Below are positions 9,472-18,907 of a DNA stretch of 64,000 nucleotides, one piece after another (within the stretch, counting starts at the first letter, position 1; each line of letters starts with the position of its first letter). The translations under genes and the position numbers were made by a program. The DNA is from a virus, in the IMG/VR virus record IMGVR_UViG_3300022902_000006; one strand, given 5' to 3'. The notes beneath the pieces are model-generated. The model was not told the DNA's origin. It did not search any database and saw nothing but the letters and a program-made list of their open reading frames with translations.

Positions 9472-11616
9472 CTACGTATCGAGCCCCATGCTATCGAACA
9501 ACATCTTTACGTAATGTACGCGGTGAGTGTACTGCGGGAAGGGCAGAGCCTTGATGATCTGCTGGCCGTACCCCCGCCACAGACGCGTCTTTCCAACATC
9601 CTTGGGGTTCAGGCTCTTGTTCCCAGCAGTCCAGATGCGCGGGTCAAGGATCGCCACCACACCCTTATCAGTGCGTGTACGAATCAGCCGCCCGGCAGCT
9701 TGCTCAATGTCTGCGCGCATGCGGGGGAAGTAGTAGTCCTTCCAGAACCGCTGTCCCAGTGCCTTCTCCTTGGCCTGAATGAGGGGGTCTCGCGGGTTGG
9801 GGAAGGGAATCTTCGGGATGATGACCAGGCGCAGCTTGGTTCCCTGGACATCCACACCCTCAAAGAAGGATTTGGACCCCAGGAGAATGGCGTTGTCTTC
9901 GTCCATGAAGTGTTCGAACACCTCAGCAGGGCGCACACCCTTGCGCTGGGCGAAGAGGGGGTAGCGCTCATCCAGACCCCACTCATCCACGAGAAGATCA
10001 TGCACTTGGGAAAGGTCAGCGATGGAGGAAAACAACACCATGGCCGCGCCTCGTGACAGCCGCGTGAGAGCGTCCACCTCCTCTGCAATCTCCATGTGCC
10101 AGCCTTCGGTGCCAGGGCGCGAGATGTGCTTGGGGATGTAGACGAGGCTGCGGTCGTACGGGAAGGGGGACGCCACTGAGATGGAAGAGGTGGGACGCAG
10201 GCCCAGCTCGACGCGGAGGGAATCAGCGTTGAGGGTGGCACTGGTCATGGTGGTCATGTGGGGCCGTGATAGAACAGGCCCGGTGAGCGGCGCTAAGTTG
10301 ACCGGCATCTGGACGATCTTCGGACGCCCGTCTCGCAGCTCCTCGCGGGCAAAGACGTAGTTCTCATCGTTGTCCTCGGCTTCAGTAGCGTGCAGGAAGT
10401 CCCGGTTCTTGTTGATGCCATCCACCACACGCTGCACCACCATGACACCATCCATCTCTGGGTCATCGTCCGCACCACCTTCGACTCCACGCTTGGACCG
10501 CTTGGCCATACGGTCGGCGGTAGAAGACCACATCTCATGATTGATGGTCTCCAGCATGTCGGCGGTCGTGGGGCCGTCCTTCTCGCTTTTGCACCCCTCC
10601 GCGTAGTCACCCCAGGTGCCCTTGGCGTACGTATCCAACTCTTTCTCCAGCTCGTTGAGGATGCTGACGCCGTCGTCCTTGGCATCACCCATGAAGCCCG
10701 GGGGCAGGAGGTGAGTATCATCGGGGTTGGGGATGTTCTTGAAGATGGCTTCCCACCGAGCACACGCGTAGTCAGGGTCCAGGTTGTACTCGATGTCCTC
10801 CCGATCCAGCTTACCCAGGACACGCTTCATCCAGGTGGGGGTCAGCGTATCGGAAAAGGCGCTGCGGAAGAACTCGGGTGATGTGTGTGCCTCATCGACG
10901 ACGAGGACCTCGTACAACCCAAACAAGCGTCCGGAGCCGAGGCGCATATCGAACCCGAGGAGACTGTGGTTGACCACAACTATCTTGGCGTCGCGAGCGC
11001 GCTCCTTCATCTCTTTGTACCCACACGTGCGGCGACACCCAGAGCAGTCCTCCGCTGTCACCATGTTCATGGGGTACGCCGTACTCCCGGGGAACTCATT
11101 GAGGTCTCCAGGGTGGGACCCATCCAACCACTCCAAAGCGTGCTTGCGGAGCGCGGACTTTCCCTCCTTCTCAAACAGACGATTGGCGCGGCGAAGCTCG
11201 TGCTTGCACAGGTAGTTGGACTTTCCCTTGATGGATTCGAACGTGAAGGGCACACCCAACACAGCTTGCAGGTGGGGGAGATCTTTCTTGGCGAGCTGAT
11301 CCTGAAGGGACTTCTTGCCTGTCGAGATGACCACACGGTAAGGGCTGAGTACAGCGGCGATGGAGTAGGGAAACGTCTTGCCGACGCCGCAGCCACCCTC
11401 CGCCATCACACAACCACCATTCTGCATGGCGTCGTTGAGGTGTCTGGCGATCTCAATTTGGCCAGGCCGCACTTCCTTCACCACACCGAGGCGCGGATCG
11501 CTGACAAGCTCCACGACGTCAGGTTGTAGCTCCATGCCACACTTGAGGCACTTCTTGTCGACCTTCTCTGCCATGTCGAAGGCGACAACCAATTTACATT
11601 TTGGGCAAATCATCAC
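9472..11616 (-). CDS. DinG/YoaA-family SF2 helicase with N-terminal Zn ribbon
   Basis: Q motif RPGQ, EGGCGVGKT, KGKSNYLC, VVDEAH, TSATL, FFEGVDV, QAAGRLIRT. Confidence 0.9.
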   Translation of the reverse strand: MMICPKCKLVVAFDMAEKVDKKCLKCGMELQPDVVELVSDPRLGVVKEVRPGQIEIARHLNDAMQNGGCVMAEGGCGVGKTFPYSIAAVLSPYRVVISTGKKSLQDQLAKKDLPHLQAVLGVPFTFESIKGKSNYLCKHELRRANRLFEKEGKSALRKHALEWLDGSHPGDLNEFPGSTAYPMNMVTAEDCSGCRRTCGYKEMKERARDAKIVVVNHSLLGFDMRLGSGRLFGLYEVLVVDEAHTSPEFFRSAFSDTLTPTWMKRVLGKLDREDIEYNLDPDYACARWEAIFKNIPNPDDTHLLPPGFMGDAKDDGVSILNELEKELDTYAKGTWGDYAEGCKSEKDGPTTADMLETINHEMWSSTADRMAKRSKRGVEGGADDDPEMDGVMVVQRVVDGINKNRDFLHATEAEDNDENYVFAREELRDGRPKIVQMPVNLAPLTGPVLSRPHMTTMTSATLNADSLRVELGLRPTSSISVASPFPYDRSLVYIPKHISRPGTEGWHMEIAEEVDALTRLSRGAAMVLFSSIADLSQVHDLLVDEWGLDERYPLFAQRKGVRPAEVFEHFMDEDNAILLGSKSFFEGVDVQGTKLRLVIIPKIPFPNPRDPLIQAKEKALGQRFWKDYYFPRMRADIEQAAGRLIRTRTDKGVVAILDPRIWTAGNKSLNPKDVGKTRLWRGYGQQIIKALPFPQYTHRVHYVKMLFDSMGLDT

Positions 11617-11623
11617 TATCCTT

Positions 11624-12223
11624 TTACAGGTTGGTGTCTATGTAGTCAACAGCCCTGCTTATGACCCGGTGTACGCGTGTCAGCAAGCTCCTCTTCTTGA
11701 GCAGCGCAACGGTCACCTCTTGGATACCGCGTCGCTGCCCACTGATTCGGTCCCGCACACAGCGAGACACGTCGAGTACCCCACGGTACGTTCCACCGGG
11801 GTCCGTTGTGTGGTGTGTCCACCCTTTCCTGTTGCGAGGTAGGGCGCGAGTCTTCCACCCAGTCCTGGTCCGCACTTTTACGAAGTGTCGCCCTTTGCAG
11901 CGCCACTTGCTGGTAGGGCTGAGGCCAAACTCGCACGCGCCGAAGGGGCCAGTATCCCCAATATACGTGATAGTGCATTTCTTGGTGCGAACGGAACACA
12001 CACGTACAGGCTTACCAAGCTGCCAAGGTCCGTCCTTACGGTGCGCTACGTGGCATCTATCAACGGTGAACGGTTCTCCGTCTGCACACGTTTTTCCACT
12101 GTACCCATCCCCTGGGTAGTACGCAGTAGCAATACCCGCTTCACGTGCCACTACCTTATAGTGGTCGGTGTAGGGGCCGGAATTAAAGAAAAGAAAAAGA
12201 AGCAGAACCAAGGACTTAATCAT
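11624..12223 (-). CDS. secreted RlpA-like double-psi beta-barrel protein (putative lytic transglycosylase)
   Basis: Start re-picked at ATG 12223 (GAAGGAG RBS); hydrophobic signal peptide; GIATAYY..G..CADGE, AHR, GDTGPF, LDVS resemble RlpA/DPBB motifs. Confidence 0.6.
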   Translation of the reverse strand: MIKSLVLLLFLFFNSGPYTDHYKVVAREAGIATAYYPGDGYSGKTCADGEPFTVDRCHVAHRKDGPWQLGKPVRVCSVRTKKCTITYIGDTGPFGACEFGLSPTSKWRCKGRHFVKVRTRTGWKTRALPRNRKGWTHHTTDPGGTYRGVLDVSRCVRDRISGQRRGIQEVTVALLKKRSLLTRVHRVISRAVDYIDTNL

Positions 12224-12358
12224 AGGAAGCACTCCTTCTAGTTTACGGCGTAAACTTTGAAGCTCCGAAGGGCGGGCTTCACTAACTTGTACCAATAAAA
12301 TCTATGTTTTTTGCCACTTAGCCGGTATACACTATTGCCCAAGGAGAAGACTACCCAC

Positions 12359-13081
12359 ATGACACAACAAGGCCCCAAGTCCGACGACCCCAATGCTTCC
12401 GCCAACAAGGATCCAGCACCCACACCAGCACCAACCCTGGGAGATTACACTCGTGGTGGCGCACCTCCACGTCCCGCACCCCCCACACCGCCAGCACCAC
12501 TCGCATCCCCTGCTGCACCCGGGGCACCTGCGCCCGAGGCGTCCGGTCCTGCCGTGGAGAAGAAGCCCGGGGAATCAGGGGCAGATACAACGGTCACTGC
12601 CTTTGAGCGTGTAACGGATGCGTTGTCCCCAGTAACGGATTATCGGAGCTTTCTGAAGCAGAGAAAGATCTCTGTTGAACACGCGGCGGAGATCGTGGAC
12701 AACATGCTGATTCAAGGCTTCCACGAAGAGAGCTACCCCCTCACGTCGAAGTTCAGTGTTACGTTCCGCACACGCGAAAAGCGGGACAGCATCCGGCTGC
12801 AGACTGCAATCCAAGTACAACAACCATCCTTTCAGATCATCTACGACGACATCGTGGCGCGCTACAACCTGGCGGCGTCCCTGGCGTCATTTGGTGATAC
12901 CGCGTTCTCGTTTCCGGCAGCGGGTGCTGACACAGCGGAGACCGGCGCAGCGTTCGAAGAGCGCATGAAGTACGTGGAGGGCCTCGCGGACCCAGTGTTC
13001 GACAAGCTGCGCACCAAGCTGGCGAAGTTTGACCAACTACTCATCGATGTGATGCGCGAGGGGGTGGCCGAAAATTTCTAG
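12359..13081 (+). CDS. tail assembly chaperone (lambda G-like), Pro-rich N-terminus
   Basis: AAGGAG RBS; position before tape measure; ends in a slippery heptamer. Confidence 0.65.
   Translation: MTQQGPKSDDPNASANKDPAPTPAPTLGDYTRGGAPPRPAPPTPPAPLASPAAPGAPAPEASGPAVEKKPGESGADTTVTAFERVTDALSPVTDYRSFLKQRKISVEHAAEIVDNMLIQGFHEESYPLTSKFSVTFRTREKRDSIRLQTAIQVQQPSFQIIYDDIVARYNLAASLASFGDTAFSFPAAGADTAETGAAFEERMKYVEGLADPVFDKLRTKLAKFDQLLIDVMREGVAENF
13072..13078 (+). other. programmed -1 ribosomal frameshift site A AAT TTC
   Basis: In-frame X XXY YYZ heptamer immediately before TAG 13079-81; -1 frame open without stops to 13491; hairpin GCAACCC-CGTG-GGGTAATGC starts at 13081. Confidence 0.75.
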
Positions 13082-13491
13082 CAACCCCGTGGGGTAATGC
13101 TCGCGCAACCCTACGGGCGCGCGGGGTTCCTGTCCCGCCGCTGCACTCGGTTCAGGACCGCGTTTTGCGCGAGGTGGTACAGCGTGAACGGTTTGAGACA
13201 TTTCAGAAGAACGCCCACTTGGGGCGTGTCATCGCCATGGCCTTCGGGATACCCCGAGAGGACCTCATGCGTCTGGAAGATATGCTCGAACTCGCTGTCT
13301 ACCAAACCGCGTACGACCCAGAAGCAATCCAGCGACGCCTGGCTGAAGCCCGGCGAGCGGCGAAGGAATTCCGCACCGAGCGGGAGTCTACGGCAGCAAC
13401 CCTCGCGCGCACTGCGTCATACACTGAGCCCCTTGAAGCCCCGCCCCCAACCCGATTCATTAAGCGGAAGGGGGTGCCTGAACCCTGGTAA
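13072..13491 (+). CDS. frameshift extension of tail assembly chaperone (G-T-like C-terminal part)
   Basis: -1 frame reads FLATPWGNARATLRARG... into the 13165..13491 ORF, which has only a TTG start. Confidence 0.65.
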   Translation, partial: KFLATPWGNARATLRARGVPVPPLHSVQDRVLREVVQRERFETFQKNAHLGRVIAMAFGIPREDLMRLEDMLELAVYQTAYDPEAIQRRLAEARRAAKEFRTERESTAATLARTASYTEPLEAPPPTRFIKRKGVPEPW

Positions 13492-13500
13492 GGTATACAC

Positions 13501-16500
13501 ATGTCCGATGACCCCACAGTAACCGTACGAGAGTTCGTTGAAGGCGTTAATCTGATGCAGTCCCAGATGGGGCTGTCACAGGGGTCAATGGCTACTTCCG
13601 GTGGGCTCCCTCAAGGGTTGAATACCACTGCGCCTTACAACCTAACAATCCCGAAACCACACCCGGTGAAGGCGCCCGGGGAGTTCGCACAAGAGGTATC
13701 CCACACTGCTCGCGCACAACAATCCTACGCGGATCAGTTCGCTCAACGTATACGCCACGTTCAAGCGCAGTACCTCACACCCCACCAGGCACAAGCCTAC
13801 GCTACTTCTGCAGGGGCAGCATCGTTTACGTCGCTACCGAGTGCGGCGTTTCAGACAGACCCGTCCATGGGGGTGTTTCGCCCTGGGTTTGCAACGCCCG
13901 CTCCGGTAGGCCACCCATCGTCCATCAATCCGCAGTACCCAACAGCGCAGTATGTTCACCCCGCGTTTCGCCCACACATGCCAACGGGATTCCGTGATCC
14001 TCTGGATATGCAATCCGATTGGCAGAACTACGATAATCAGAAGAACTTTGCGTCGTGGACAGCGGGACAGGTGCACTCCCCAGGGTGGGGCACCACGGCG
14101 GTAGGAGGGGGCATCGGCGGTTTCATGGGGCTTGCTGCAGGTGCAGCAGGTGCATCGTACATGCCAGGCATGGGGCGCTTTGGGGGCGTCGCACGTGGTC
14201 TCACCATGGCAGGGGGTATGGCAGCGGGTGCGTGGGCCGGGGGTGCTGCAGCACCAGGAATGACGGGAGGGATCACTCGGATGGGGGGCGCCATAATGTC
14301 CCCGCTGGTGGACACACGCGCACAGGGGTTGGCGCTACAGAACATGTCGCGCGGGTTCGTGACGAGTGGCAATGATCTCAACCCCCTGACAGGGCAGGGC
14401 CTGACAACACAATCTAGCGTCGGGTTGTCGAACAATTTGCAGCGTATGGTCAGCAACGGCGAGACGGGTGGTTTCAACATCCAGGACATGATTAAGGTAG
14501 CGGGTCTGTCTGCTGATTCCGGTATGCTCAACATGTCGCAGACCGGGGACCAGATTGCAACCCAGGTTAAGAGTGTCGCGAAGGCGCTGAAGTCCTTCAT
14601 GCGCATTGCGCAAGAGCCAGACATCCGCTCTGCCATGCAAGAGCTGTCACAGATGCGCCAGTTTGGCCTCAACCTCCCTGAGAGCCTGACTACTGCTGCA
14701 GAGACGGTGCGCTACGCGCGTATGGCGGGTACGACGCCCGGCAACATACAAGCCACGGCTGGCCTCCCAGGGGCAATGACGTACCAGCAGCTTGGCATGA
14801 CTGCGGGTCTTGGTTATCGCACGGGTATGGCTGCAGGGGGCATTGCACAGCAGGCAGTGAACCGAGGCGTGTTTACACCAGGGCAGCTCGCAATGTCCGG
14901 AGGTATGAGGGGAGTACAGCAGACACTAACCGAGGGAGCGGGGGCCGCGCTGGGTATTGACTTCCAGACGCTGGGTCTCCTTTCTCGGGGCAGTGAGGGG
15001 CAGCTCTCCATCGACCAGGGGCGGGTCAACGACCTAATGAATGGGAATGTTTCGCTGTCGGACATGGCGGGCATGGCGGCATCCAATGTGGGGCGCCTCT
15101 CCCAGGGCGTGGGTGCAGAGAATCTCTTCTCCGAGTTCAGCACACGGCGTAATGAGCTACGCAATGAGCTAGGCAGCACACTGGGACCACAAGGGTCTCA
15201 GATGCTCATGATTCGTGCGGCACAAAGTCTGCGTCAAGAGTTGGGTGGGAACATCTCCATCGGTGCAGCGCTTCAACAAATTGCACCTGGGATGGCTACA
15301 AACCAGATTCGAAGTCTGGAACTCCTGGCCACGAGTCCTGCCTACTACGAGAGCCAGTACGCTGGAAACGAACGGCGGATAATGGGGATACGTGGGGCGG
15401 AAGCTGAGCGCTTGCAGCGTATGCAATCAGGTAGTGAGGCGTCCAACCAGTTGGGGCGTGCCTTCAGCGGTGTAGGGAACGCGGCGTGGGATGCCAAGAG
15501 CCACTTCGGGGATTTCTGGGAATCAGCCAGTAGCCTCTTCTCAAGTACCCCCATGGAGGAATACGCGAAGTCCATGGGCGCGGATTACGTACGCCGCCCT
15601 GATGAATTGCTGATTGAATCCAGCAGGGAGTCTGCTCGGCTGCAGGAGTATGTAGGATCCGAAGAGTACGGACGCTACGCAAGTAGCATGGGACTCCCGA
15701 GTGGGAAGACGTCCATGGCAGGGCACTTGAGGCCATCTGGCTGGACGCAAGCCAAGAGCGCTGCAGCAGGGCTGCTGCAAGTGGGGGGCACCCTCGCTAC
15801 GTTTGGGGGCGGTGCTGTTGCTGCAGCGGGTATGGCAGCAACCATGGGATCTGGAGCCATTAACGTAAGCTCAAACGCAACGAAGATGCGCAACTCCCTC
15901 GGAGGGGTGGGGGCCTGGCTCCAACCTGATTGGCTGATCAACGTCGACATGGGAGGGGAGAGTGATTATCGGCGTAAGAAACTCGCCAACTGGCACGCAG
16001 ACGCTGCCACAGCAGGGGCAGGGTTGCGCGACGCTCGCGGTATGTCCGTCACTGATTCAGTGGCAGTCACGGGGAAGGTACGTGAGGAGTATACGCGCCT
16101 GGCAGCTAAGCACGGTGTCACTGGAGACAGAGATTTTCGAGGAGCCATCGTAACAGGGCTTCGCGGTGTGTTCGAAGAGCATGGGAGTATGTTTGGGGAT
16201 AAGGCAGTAAGCGATTCTGTGCTGAAAGAGAAGGCGAAAGCAGTGGTAGCACAATCGACGAGCCCTGCGTTCGCTTCTGAGTTCATCGCAACCATGTGGG
16301 ACAACGGGCTCCGCACGTCCACCCTCCGAGAGCTACAAGACAGTACCCCCGAAGATAGTACCGCTGGTGGTGCAATATCCAAGACCGCGCAAGTGACGGA
16401 AGGGGTGCTTGTTGCGGCGAATTACGGTGACCTCACCAAGGTGTTAACCAACCGTGTTGAGCGTCTTGACCAGGTCATGGGGACGCACGGTAGCAGCGAC

Positions 16501-17286
16501 GAAGTGCGCGATGCTTTTCGCTCCGCTCTGTCCACGTCGTCCCCAGAGGAAATGTTGGTCAAGCAAATACGCGCGGCGGAATCGGGGGGCAATGAGGGAC
16601 GCGCTGCTACTCTGCGCTCCAAGCTGAGCGACTACGTAGGTGACGAAGATAGAGTGGAGTCTCTCTTGAAGGGCTACACCGCTGCGGCCTACGAGGGGGA
16701 AGACAAGGCAACCCGTGTTGCGCTCTCACGCGCCTCTGGGGCGTCCGAGAAACATGAGGGAAACACAGGCATTCGCTTGGAGGTAGCCAAGAAGCAGCTT
16801 GACACAATTCGCGCCACGGACGCGATTGGTCTCGGAGCGTCCAAGCTCGCTGCTGACTACGGCATCTCATCGTTGAAGACAGGAAACGTAACAGACGCTG
16901 GGTTGACTTCTGCCATGGACAGCATCGCCAATTCCCCAGGACAACTGGGTAAGCTCAAGAATATGAGCCAGTCGATGTACGCGGCAGTACAGGACAAGGA
17001 CCTTGGGGCGTTTCGGCAGGGATTGAAAAACATCTCTAGCCGCTACGGAAGTGAATTAACGCTCGGGGGAATGGGTACAGGAACCAAGGCAGAGGGGGAC
17101 ATCGCAGCAGCGCAAGGGCAGGTTGAGACGCTGCAGTCTGATGTCTTGGGAGGTAGCCAGGGGTTCGCTAACGCTGTGCCCGCCTTCGCTGCAGCGGTCA
17201 AGAAGCTCAACACAGTGGTTACGATGCAAGAACAACTCACGCGTGCGCAGTTGAACAGAGAAGCACGTCAAGGCGGAGGCAACTAA
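13501..17286 (+). CDS. tail tape measure protein (1261 aa)
   Basis: Long Ala/Gly/Ser/Gln-rich helical protein with Gly-rich hydrophobic stretches, directly after the frameshifted chaperone. Confidence 0.75.
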   Translation: MSDDPTVTVREFVEGVNLMQSQMGLSQGSMATSGGLPQGLNTTAPYNLTIPKPHPVKAPGEFAQEVSHTARAQQSYADQFAQRIRHVQAQYLTPHQAQAYATSAGAASFTSLPSAAFQTDPSMGVFRPGFATPAPVGHPSSINPQYPTAQYVHPAFRPHMPTGFRDPLDMQSDWQNYDNQKNFASWTAGQVHSPGWGTTAVGGGIGGFMGLAAGAAGASYMPGMGRFGGVARGLTMAGGMAAGAWAGGAAAPGMTGGITRMGGAIMSPLVDTRAQGLALQNMSRGFVTSGNDLNPLTGQGLTTQSSVGLSNNLQRMVSNGETGGFNIQDMIKVAGLSADSGMLNMSQTGDQIATQVKSVAKALKSFMRIAQEPDIRSAMQELSQMRQFGLNLPESLTTAAETVRYARMAGTTPGNIQATAGLPGAMTYQQLGMTAGLGYRTGMAAGGIAQQAVNRGVFTPGQLAMSGGMRGVQQTLTEGAGAALGIDFQTLGLLSRGSEGQLSIDQGRVNDLMNGNVSLSDMAGMAASNVGRLSQGVGAENLFSEFSTRRNELRNELGSTLGPQGSQMLMIRAAQSLRQELGGNISIGAALQQIAPGMATNQIRSLELLATSPAYYESQYAGNERRIMGIRGAEAERLQRMQSGSEASNQLGRAFSGVGNAAWDAKSHFGDFWESASSLFSSTPMEEYAKSMGADYVRRPDELLIESSRESARLQEYVGSEEYGRYASSMGLPSGKTSMAGHLRPSGWTQAKSAAAGLLQVGGTLATFGGGAVAAAGMAATMGSGAINVSSNATKMRNSLGGVGAWLQPDWLINVDMGGESDYRRKKLANWHADAATAGAGLRDARGMSVTDSVAVTGKVREEYTRLAAKHGVTGDRDFRGAIVTGLRGVFEEHGSMFGDKAVSDSVLKEKAKAVVAQSTSPAFASEFIATMWDNGLRTSTLRELQDSTPEDSTAGGAISKTAQVTEGVLVAANYGDLTKVLTNRVERLDQVMGTHGSSDEVRDAFRSALSTSSPEEMLVKQIRAAESGGNEGRAATLRSKLSDYVGDEDRVESLLKGYTAAAYEGEDKATRVALSRASGASEKHEGNTGIRLEVAKKQLDTIRATDAIGLGASKLAADYGISSLKTGNVTDAGLTSAMDSIANSPGQLGKLKNMSQSMYAAVQDKDLGAFRQGLKNISSRYGSELTLGGMGTGTKAEGDIAAAQGQVETLQSDVLGGSQGFANAVPAFAAAVKKLNTVVTMQEQLTRAQLNREARQGGGN

Positions 17287-17288
17287 AC

Positions 17289-17507
17289 ATGTCTTACCCA
17301 CCCCGGATTGATAGTGACGACACCGTCCGTGAGATGCTGGTACCCACAGCACCCACCGTCTTGAATCTGGTGCACGACACCATCGTTACTGATCTTCGTC
17401 GAGGACACTCTGCGCGGGTAGAACTCCCGAGCCTCTATCGCTTGGCGCACATGATACACTACGGCACTAGCGAACTGGTGTATTCCAAGCAGTTGGAGAG
17501 GATGTAA
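17289..17507 (+). CDS. small hypothetical protein (72 aa)
   Basis: Coupled between tape measure and next gene. Confidence 0.55.
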   Translation: MSYPPRIDSDDTVREMLVPTAPTVLNLVHDTIVTDLRRGHSARVELPSLYRLAHMIHYGTSELVYSKQLERM

Positions 17508-18457
17508 TGCCTAAGCCCAAGGTTGTACCTGGAGGTGAACTCCATGTCATGAGTGGGGGGCGTCATCGTGGTCAGTTCTCAGGGTTTCCCGGAGCCACGC
17601 CCAAGTACGCCATCAACCGTGGAGCACGTGATGCAGAGAATCGCGAATCCATGGCGCGGCTATTCATCGAGATTCCGGAAAAAAAGCGTGCAGCGTTCAT
17701 CAATAGCGTCCCCCACGCTAGTAGACCGCTCGCACGTGTACTTTGTGGTGGGCTTACAGGGCGGGCCACGGGGTTCATTGACTTCTTGATGACGGCAGCG
17801 CAAGAGGCGTTTTCCGAGAAGTATCAGGTGGTGGAGACGCTCAGCGATAACTTCATCGTGTACTTCTTCGGACAACGTGCCCCTACGTTTCAGTACAGCG
17901 GCACGCTGCTCAACACGTACCAGGATGATCAACGCGTGTGGATGATGCGGCTCTACCAAGACATCCTCCGGGGAACACAGCTTGCACGCCGCAAGCTCCT
18001 CGTGCGCCTCCGGTATGACAGTGTCATCGTGACGGGCATGTTGATTGCGCACGGGCAGGCTATTACGGGGGATGCCGTGGACCACGCATCGTTCAACTTC
18101 TCCATGATCCCTACCCACTACACCATCTTCTCTCCCAGCGTATGTGACCCAACACAACTGCGCACCGCTGCAACACCGGGGTCAGCGTACATGCTCCAGG
18201 AAACCACAGACGATGTGGACCCCCGCAGACTGCGGGTCGTTGCAAGTGCTAATCCACCCCAGCCAAGCAAGAAACCCGCTGCAGCACAGACGGCAACGAG
18301 CACGCCAGGTAAAAAACCAGTAACAAAAACAGCAGCACAAAAACTGAAGGATCGCGCGGACCAAAAGACGGAGAAGAAGACGCTCGACGCCGCAGTGTAC
18401 GAACCTACCGCGACTGAGAAAATCTACAGTAGCGACACCATGGCGCTCATGCCGTAG
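17507..18457 (+). CDS. putative tail tube initiator / baseplate-associated protein
   Basis: Position after tape measure; beta-rich FIVYFFGQRAPTFQYSGTL core; function inferred from synteny. Confidence 0.45.
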   Translation: MPKPKVVPGGELHVMSGGRHRGQFSGFPGATPKYAINRGARDAENRESMARLFIEIPEKKRAAFINSVPHASRPLARVLCGGLTGRATGFIDFLMTAAQEAFSEKYQVVETLSDNFIVYFFGQRAPTFQYSGTLLNTYQDDQRVWMMRLYQDILRGTQLARRKLLVRLRYDSVIVTGMLIAHGQAITGDAVDHASFNFSMIPTHYTIFSPSVCDPTQLRTAATPGSAYMLQETTDDVDPRRLRVVASANPPQPSKKPAAAQTATSTPGKKPVTKTAAQKLKDRADQKTEKKTLDAAVYEPTATEKIYSSDTMALMP

Positions 18458-18475
18458 CTGTAAGGGACCCCATAA

Positions 18476-18907
18476 ATGTTCACGCTTACACCCTTTGAAG
18501 AAACACTGGCGCAACCCTTCAGCACGTCTGTTGCGTTGGAGAACATCCGCCTACGTCTACTGCAAGGTGCGTTGCTGCCTGCTGATACTACCCGCTCTGC
18601 ACGCTATGTTCACCTGCAAGCGTTTCGTAGTGAGCTGGCTCTCATCCTTCGCGACCTCACACCCCCACCCACCACTTCCATGCTCTCTACCCCCTTCGCA
18701 GACCGCGCGCCAGTGGTGGCCTTGGCTACTGATTTACGGCGTAATTCGGATTTGAGACTAGCGGTGGATGAGCTATATGTTTTGGGGGCACCAGGCGAGT
18801 ATCGAGAAATGTTGGTTCCTTATACCGACGCAAAGAACCCACGAGAGTGGGTGGATTGTATGTGTGCAATCCTTTGCCTGGCCAAGCTGTTGGAAGCGAC
18901 CCCATGA
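18476..18907 (+). CDS. hypothetical protein (143 aa)
   Basis: ATGA overlap with downstream hub gene. Confidence 0.6.
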   Translation: MFTLTPFEETLAQPFSTSVALENIRLRLLQGALLPADTTRSARYVHLQAFRSELALILRDLTPPPTTSMLSTPFADRAPVVALATDLRRNSDLRLAVDELYVLGAPGEYREMLVPYTDAKNPREWVDCMCAILCLAKLLEATP

